Of a stretch of 64,000 bases of DNA, positions 59,296 through 64,000 are shown piece after piece. Numbering within the stretch: the stretch's first letter is position 1; every line of letters begins with the position of its first letter. The DNA lies in sequence record OP589283.1; one strand, given 5' to 3'. Under the pieces are notes generated by a model. It was not told the DNA's origin. It was given only the letters and a program-made list of their open reading frames with translations, and did not search any database. The position numbers and the translations under genes were made by a program.

Positions 59296-59442
59296 ATGGA
59301 TTTAATGGTCATTGGTTACGTTTTAGCAATGGTGATAATACTACAGTTAATCTTGTTGTGTTCTTCTGTTGCTAGAATGAGTACTTGCACTCTTCTTATT
59401 GACGAACATGAAAAACTAACCGCATTAGAAAAATTAACCTAG
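59296..59442 (+). CDS. 48-aa single-pass membrane microprotein (not in ORF track)
   Basis: AAGGAG SD; MDLMVIGYVLAMVIILQLILLCSSVA... Confidence 0.6.
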   Translation: MDLMVIGYVLAMVIILQLILLCSSVARMSTCTLLIDEHEKLTALEKLT

Positions 59443-59456
59443 TGATTTTTTGATGT

Positions 59457-59473
59457 CTATATAACTTAGGTGA
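59457..59473 (+). promoter_or_regulatory. putative early promoter CTATATAACTTAGGTGA
   Basis: Fits CTAYAT-N7-GTGA, upstream of the 59523 ORF. Confidence 0.6.
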
Positions 59474-59522
59474 TAACAGACGTGTTATTATTTACTCAGT
59501 ATTATTATCAAGGAAAATAATT

Positions 59523-59927
59523 ATGATAGTCGACCATAATGCTTGTTTGTCAAAGGGTGCTCGTTTAATTCGTGGTTTATCATTAGGTGACCACGTAGAG
59601 AACAAAGTTGTTTGTCATATCGACGAACGCTTTCTTTCCCATTTTCAGGAAATCGCTGAAGAACTCTTAAAAGAGCGATTACCTGTAAACATCGGAGTGC
59701 CTTATTGCTTTTACGTATTAAGTAAAGGTATGGAAGATTCTCGTTGTACTTGGCAAAGGGATGAGTTCTTTGATTTATGCAAAGAACAATTTGAAAGCCG
59801 TTGTAAGAATTTAGACGCGTTTTTAACCTCCCCTATTTTGCAAGACAGATACAAAAAGGTATTTAAAGACTTAATGGATAAGTTAGAAACCATTATCAAA
59901 AATGTTAAAGCGAAGAAAAGTCTTTAA
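59523..59927 (+). CDS. hypothetical early protein
   Basis: AAGGA SD; 134 aa. Confidence 0.7.
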   Translation: MIVDHNACLSKGARLIRGLSLGDHVENKVVCHIDERFLSHFQEIAEELLKERLPVNIGVPYCFYVLSKGMEDSRCTWQRDEFFDLCKEQFESRCKNLDAFLTSPILQDRYKKVFKDLMDKLETIIKNVKAKKSL

Positions 59928-59934
59928 TGAGTAA

Positions 59935-59968
59935 ATAACCTGAGAGTGGATATCCACTCTCAGGTTAT
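59935..59968. repeat. perfect 34-bp palindrome
   Basis: ATAACCTGAGAGTGGATATCCACTCTCAGGTTAT equals its own reverse complement. Confidence 0.9.
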
Positions 59969-59987
59969 AAATTATAGGAATTTAAAA

Positions 59988-60131
59988 ATGGGTACGGTTG
60001 GTTCGTTGTTATTCAGTATTGTTATTGGCTTAGTGACTACTGCGTCACTATCAGGAAAACAATGTCTATGTTGGAAAAACTACATGGAGAAGAATAATGG
60101 ATATTTTCTTTCTTTGGTTGTGTGTGTTTAG
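59988..60131 (+). CDS. small membrane protein
   Basis: ATG 59988 behind AGGA; hydrophobic GSLLFSIVIGLVTTA. Confidence 0.5.
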   Translation: MGTVGSLLFSIVIGLVTTASLSGKQCLCWKNYMEKNNGYFLSLVVCV

Positions 60132-60369
60132 CACGACGTTATATTTCTTTGGTATCTTTAAACGTCAACTCATGTTCATCAAACACCGAATTCAGTTTGA
60201 TGTCTGGCATGTGATGTTTTGTTTAAGTACCATCCCGATGATGATGTCAGTAATTCCATTTATTGATTTGTTATCGGGTCGAATTTACACTTTGTGGGTA
60301 GTCCCTTTGGCTTTCCACATGGCAAATATGGCTGATTTAAAATCCCGCTTTAATAAGGAACGAAAGTAA
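60097..60369 (+). CDS. small multi-pass membrane protein
   Basis: Three hydrophobic segments in 90 aa; GGAG SD. Confidence 0.65.
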   Translation: MDIFFLWLCVFSTTLYFFGIFKRQLMFIKHRIQFDVWHVMFCLSTIPMMMSVIPFIDLLSGRIYTLWVVPLAFHMANMADLKSRFNKERK

Positions 60370-60512
60370 TGAAAAAGTCTACTGTTCGCGCTATAATCAG
60401 TATGGTTAACGCTCAACTAAACGTTGAGATGTTTGATCGTGTTATTAACGATATTTTGGGATGGGATGAATTAAAGAGTTATCTCTCCCCCCCGCTTGTA
60501 ATGAAAAGTTAA
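60369..60512 (+). CDS. 47-aa microprotein (not in ORF track)
   Basis: TAATG-coupled; MKKSTVRAIISMVNAQLNVEMFDRVINDILGWDELKSYLSPPLVMKS. Confidence 0.5.
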   Translation: MKKSTVRAIISMVNAQLNVEMFDRVINDILGWDELKSYLSPPLVMKS

Positions 60513-60572
60513 TGGTTATGATCACTGAAATGTATCACAAAGTTAACACACCAAGATAACTTAAGAGAATAC

Positions 60573-60606
60573 CTCCTCCTACTCCCTTAATTGGGAGTAG
60601 GAGGAG
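60573..60606. terminator. 14-bp perfect hairpin between convergent genes
   Basis: CTCCTCCTACTCCC-TTAATT-GGGAGTAGGAGGAG. Confidence 0.7.
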
Positions 60607-60613
60607 TAAATCA

Positions 60614-63600
60614 TTACGCTGCTTTTTTTCTTTGCATCATGCGTTTGTTACGTGCTAGTTTAGCATCTTCCAAAATACTGTCCACAGTAATTGTGTTACG
60701 TGTGCTGTCTTCTGGAATGAGTTTTCCTAACTTAATAATTTCAGCTTCCAATCTTGCTGCTAAAATATTGTCGTTAGTTGCCATCAGCTCTTCGGTGTAC
60801 TGTCTAATCTTGTCCCTGATTTTATCAATAAATGCAATCAGTTCAGGGTCGAGTTTAGCGTAAGCTTCATTGCTGTCATTGGCCAGTAAGTTTTTGGTAT
60901 CAATCAATGCTAATCCTGTTGGAATGTTGTACATTTGTTTACTGACACCTAACTTAATGAACCAGTACGTTAACAACCACGCAATAACCAAGTCGTCGTG
61001 TTTATTAACATCGTGGTCAATACGCCCACCTTTAACACGCAGATTGATTAATTCATCACACAGTTTATCGTAACACAAACCATAACCAGTCACAGCAACC
61101 GCTTCTTGAATATACCCGTACATTGTCGCACGACTACTCGCGTTAGTATTAAACCCGAAGTGTTTCTTATATTTCAAGTAGAAGTCTTTATCACGGTATT
61201 GTGGTTTAGTGCGTTTAATCTCATCAATTTCCTTAGCGTATCTAACCGGGTCTTGATAGATTTGGTTAAACAGTTTTTGGAAGGGGTCTAACCCTAGTGA
61301 GTTAAGACTAATCAAGAGACTATCAATCATGTGATGCGCGTAGTTACGTTCAATGATTAACATAGAGTTAGGGATGGTCGATAATACATCCACCAAAACG
61401 CCTCCAACGTCATCTAGGAACGCTAAGGGGTATCTTCCTACTCCCACTACCTTACCTGTTCTAAAGCTCCGCATAACCACAGTACAGGCGTCTGAGTTAA
61501 TTGCAGAAGAAGTATCGCATCCCACTAGGATAAAATCGTTATAAGAAGGGGAACACATATTTGCAAATTCTTCTTTGGAAATAAACATATCCAAGAATAA
61601 TCCACTGCGTCGGTATTCCTTACTCCACATCACGTTTCGTTTAGCTTCACTAATCCCTACCCGTGTACGGTCATCAAACAGTTTATCTTCACCGTCTTCT
61701 ACCCACATTAACAGTAAGTCGATTTTAGCCCTACCGAGACCTAACCCTAGTTGGTCAATTGTCTTCTTCACCCAATCAGGACCTTTACCCAATTGCATGT
61801 AGTTATAAACCATAGACACACTAGGAGAAGTAGTAGCACGGGGAGATGCTTTAATCAACCTATCAATCAAATGACTTTCTGAGAAACTGTCGAAGAACTT
61901 TTCTCGCCATTCAGTAGAGTTCATCACCTTATCATACATGTATTCACCAGAAGGGTGTAATACGGTGTTAGGTGTGGTGATATAACTGATGCCATAAGGT
62001 AATCCGGCATTACGACAGTTTTCCATTTCTGTCAATGCTGAAGGTGTACAACCGTCGACAATCGCCCAAATCCAGTTAATATAACTTGGTTCGTCGATAG
62101 TGGTGGTTCCTACGGTTAAACCCCGCCCTAAGTCACCTGCGGCAGCCTCACCCTGTTGCGGCACACTGATAGTCATGACGTTAGTTTCAGCATCACCAAA
62201 ACTACGATAAGTTAAATACGTACCCGCGTCTTTATCTCGGTAGGTGGGGTTTACCAAATACTGAGGTATACAACTTCGGATAGATTTAACCGCTTCAATA
62301 AATTGAGCACGGTTATCTGACTTCAACGTAATAATGTGAGATTTATATCCCCGCCCTACGATATACGTTAACCAGAAGTTAATCACTTGGACTGAAACGG
62401 TGTTATGGGTAACAATGAAGTCATCGGTCACATACAGTTGATCTTGTGAATCCACTTCGATGCAGTATGCTTCATTGTGATGTGAATACTCCACTTTTTC
62501 AATGTACAACGTGTTATCTTGAGGTGGAACTTCCACTTTCTTGTACTTGAAATATTCCATGTCTTCAGAAAGTGTAATGAACAATCCCTCAGGAGTTTCT
62601 TTAGCAGTGCCTCCTAAGCTCCGTACGACATATTTCATGTCATGACGTAACTTTGTATTACTTAATGATAAAAACACTTTACCGTCGATTATAGACCCAT
62701 TAGCATCCATAAATCCTTGTACAAGGTCAAGACGTTGCTGAATACTTGCTTTAGTATAATCTGAAGGTAACCCTACATCCTGATAATTCGCATTTGGGTG
62801 TTTGTTGGCGATGTATAAATATTCACCATGTTGTTTCACCGTAAAGCAGTCAGGAGTGTGTGGACGCATTTGTTCAACAGTGATACCATCTTTTTTCATT
62901 ACTGTGCTGGTTACATCCATCCCTCCTAAGAAATAACCGTAGAAATAAGAATCCAGTAATTTCTGTTCTTTAAACTCAGTGGGGTGAATTAATGGTAATG
63001 AAAGTGTTTTGGGTTCATAATCTTTCTCTTTTAACAAGGCTTCAATTTGAGCAGTGGAATAATCTACTATACCACCAGTACGGCCTCGTTTCTTATCGTG
63101 AACTGTCCAAAGATGTTTAGTCCCTGTATTCAGTTTACGACCATCGCTTGTATGGAGAGTGTAGAGACGTTTAATCCCCTGAGGATGGATACCAATAACA
63201 CGGGACGTTTCTCCATCCACCGTGGCGATTTCATCACCAATGTTTAACTGTTCGATTTTACGCCAGTCACCCTTAGATGTTAAAATCTTCGTACCCTTCT
63301 CTTGCATCTTACCTTGTTGGCGAGGCATGATCATGTAGCTGGTAATGTGGTTTAAATAGCTCCAAATAAAACTGATATTACCCCGATTAGCCTTAAACCG
63401 AATAGTGGGTTTTAACTTACATACCTCACGTAAGAAATACCAGAAGTTACTTTTACATTCTTCATAAATCATCGTCTTCTGTTCATTAGTGAGGTCTTCA
63501 CTAAAGGGGTCAACACCTTTTAATAACGGGTTGTTTAACTGAAGCATAAAGTAATAGTTTTTATTACCTTGTAGTCTAAACAACTCTGATGTTCTTAAAA

Positions 63601-63847
63601 AAGATTCATTGGTTGTTTCTAAATCTGGTGCGGCTTTGTAGTTATAGAAATCTTTTAAGAACCGCACTGTTTTAATAGAAGATAAACTATCTTCGTAAAA
63701 GTGTGCCAATATTTTCTCATCTTCTGTTCTTGATGTGGAATCAATTCTTTTCTTTTCGTCATCATAAAGAACGGTAGGAAGGATAGGATTACCGAGGTGA
63801 GCTAATATTTGTTTAGCCACTTCTAAGTCTTGAATAGGTTGTGACAT
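60614..63847 (-). CDS. terL: terminase large subunit (phiKZ gp25-like) containing an intein
   Basis: FWYFLRE, Walker A MPRQQGK|T, Walker B TTTIDEP, YITTP, nuclease VGCDTS and KHDDLVIAW. Confidence 0.92.
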   Translation of the reverse strand: MSQPIQDLEVAKQILAHLGNPILPTVLYDDEKKRIDSTSRTEDEKILAHFYEDSLSSIKTVRFLKDFYNYKAAPDLETTNESFLRTSELFRLQGNKNYYFMLQLNNPLLKGVDPFSEDLTNEQKTMIYEECKSNFWYFLREVCKLKPTIRFKANRGNISFIWSYLNHITSYMIMPRQQGKMQEKGTKILTSKGDWRKIEQLNIGDEIATVDGETSRVIGIHPQGIKRLYTLHTSDGRKLNTGTKHLWTVHDKKRGRTGGIVDYSTAQIEALLKEKDYEPKTLSLPLIHPTEFKEQKLLDSYFYGYFLGGMDVTSTVMKKDGITVEQMRPHTPDCFTVKQHGEYLYIANKHPNANYQDVGLPSDYTKASIQQRLDLVQGFMDANGSIIDGKVFLSLSNTKLRHDMKYVVRSLGGTAKETPEGLFITLSEDMEYFKYKKVEVPPQDNTLYIEKVEYSHHNEAYCIEVDSQDQLYVTDDFIVTHNTVSVQVINFWLTYIVGRGYKSHIITLKSDNRAQFIEAVKSIRSCIPQYLVNPTYRDKDAGTYLTYRSFGDAETNVMTISVPQQGEAAAGDLGRGLTVGTTTIDEPSYINWIWAIVDGCTPSALTEMENCRNAGLPYGISYITTPNTVLHPSGEYMYDKVMNSTEWREKFFDSFSESHLIDRLIKASPRATTSPSVSMVYNYMQLGKGPDWVKKTIDQLGLGLGRAKIDLLLMWVEDGEDKLFDDRTRVGISEAKRNVMWSKEYRRSGLFLDMFISKEEFANMCSPSYNDFILVGCDTSSAINSDACTVVMRSFRTGKVVGVGRYPLAFLDDVGGVLVDVLSTIPNSMLIIERNYAHHMIDSLLISLNSLGLDPFQKLFNQIYQDPVRYAKEIDEIKRTKPQYRDKDFYLKYKKHFGFNTNASSRATMYGYIQEAVAVTGYGLCYDKLCDELINLRVKGGRIDHDVNKHDDLVIAWLLTYWFIKLGVSKQMYNIPTGLALIDTKNLLANDSNEAYAKLDPELIAFIDKIRDKIRQYTEELMATNDNILAARLEAEIIKLGKLIPEDSTRNTITVDSILEDAKLARNKRMMQRKKAA
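62402..63307 (-). mobile_element. class 3 intein (302 aa, Met1) with degenerate LAGLIDADG domain, in terminase Walker A
   Basis: Starts MQEKGTKILTSKG; block B KHLW; block F AYCIEVD; ends IVTHN followed by Thr; endonuclease motifs YFLGGM and FMDANG lack the catalytic acids. Confidence 0.9.
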
Positions 63848-63926
63848 TATTATTTTTCCTCTATACGCGCTGGAGCGCCAGCACTATAGCTAGCTAACAT
63901 ATAGGATTCATTTAACTTATGGTTCG

Positions 63927-64000
63927 TTTAAAGTCTATATCACTTAAGTGAATAAATCAAACAATGTTGTTTGATACTTACTTAAGGAATTCGATTATGA
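63927..64000 (+). repeat. 74-bp exact direct repeat, copy 2 (runs to the window end)
   Basis: Identical to 25869..25942, including the ATG at 63997. Confidence 0.95.
63935..63951 (+). promoter_or_regulatory. putative early promoter CTATATCACTTAAGTGA
   Basis: Same motif as 25877; divergent from the terminase gene. Confidence 0.65.

Noticed and set aside
871-63247. Numerous 60-190 aa ORFs antisense to or nested in long genes (e.g. 3740-4123, 24590-25057, 34566-34961, 38946-39515)
   Set aside because: Shadow ORFs of biased coding strands; no SD or motifs.
8333-63905. TATG late-promoter motifs upstream of several structural genes (e.g. 8334, 23721, and on the minus strand near 18385 and 63900)
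   Set aside because: A 4-mer in AT-rich DNA is too frequent to call without transcript mapping.
1-64000. CRISPR array, tRNA or rRNA genes
   Set aside because: No regularly spaced direct repeats; the hairpins are single dispersed inverted repeats; no cloverleaf with T-loop GTTC pattern or rRNA-like block was seen by eye. tRNAscan would be the definitive check.

Overview
A 64 kb stretch of an AT-rich phiKZ-related jumbo myophage. The GroEL-like chaperonin plus NAD-dependent ligase suggest the phiEL/OBP side of the group (inference); the host cannot be read from the sequence. The window carries replication and metabolism genes (NAD ligase 3' part, RNase HI, GroEL, SF2 helicase, DHFR, UvsX), a five-member paralogous tail/baseplate protein array, three virion RNA polymerase subunits, a 2.3k-aa tape-measure-like protein with a GH19 muramidase domain, an endolysin, the prohead protease and the large terminase. 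Four self-splicing elements sit in essential motifs. (1) A ~1.8 kb group I intron encoding an HNH-NUMOD1 endonuclease lies immediately after the catalytic DxDGD of the virion RNAP beta' subunit. (2) An ORF-less 341-nt group I intron splits DD|PKR of the adjacent virion RNAP beta subunit. (3, 4) Two class-3 (W-C-T type, Ala1 and Met1) inteins sit in the Walker A GK|T of the helicase and the terminase, one with intact and one with decayed LAGLIDADG motifs. Other observations: a DHFR with an acidic Ser-rich tail followed by a probable pseudo-DHFR, a recurring CTAYAT-N7-GTGA early-promoter motif, an exact 74-bp promoter/RBS cassette present twice 38 kb apart, a family of long perfect intergenic hairpins, a candidate three-way-junction leader RNA and several microproteins missed by the ORF track. 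No tRNA, rRNA or CRISPR array was seen. All protein identifications come from motif recognition by eye; no database search was run.
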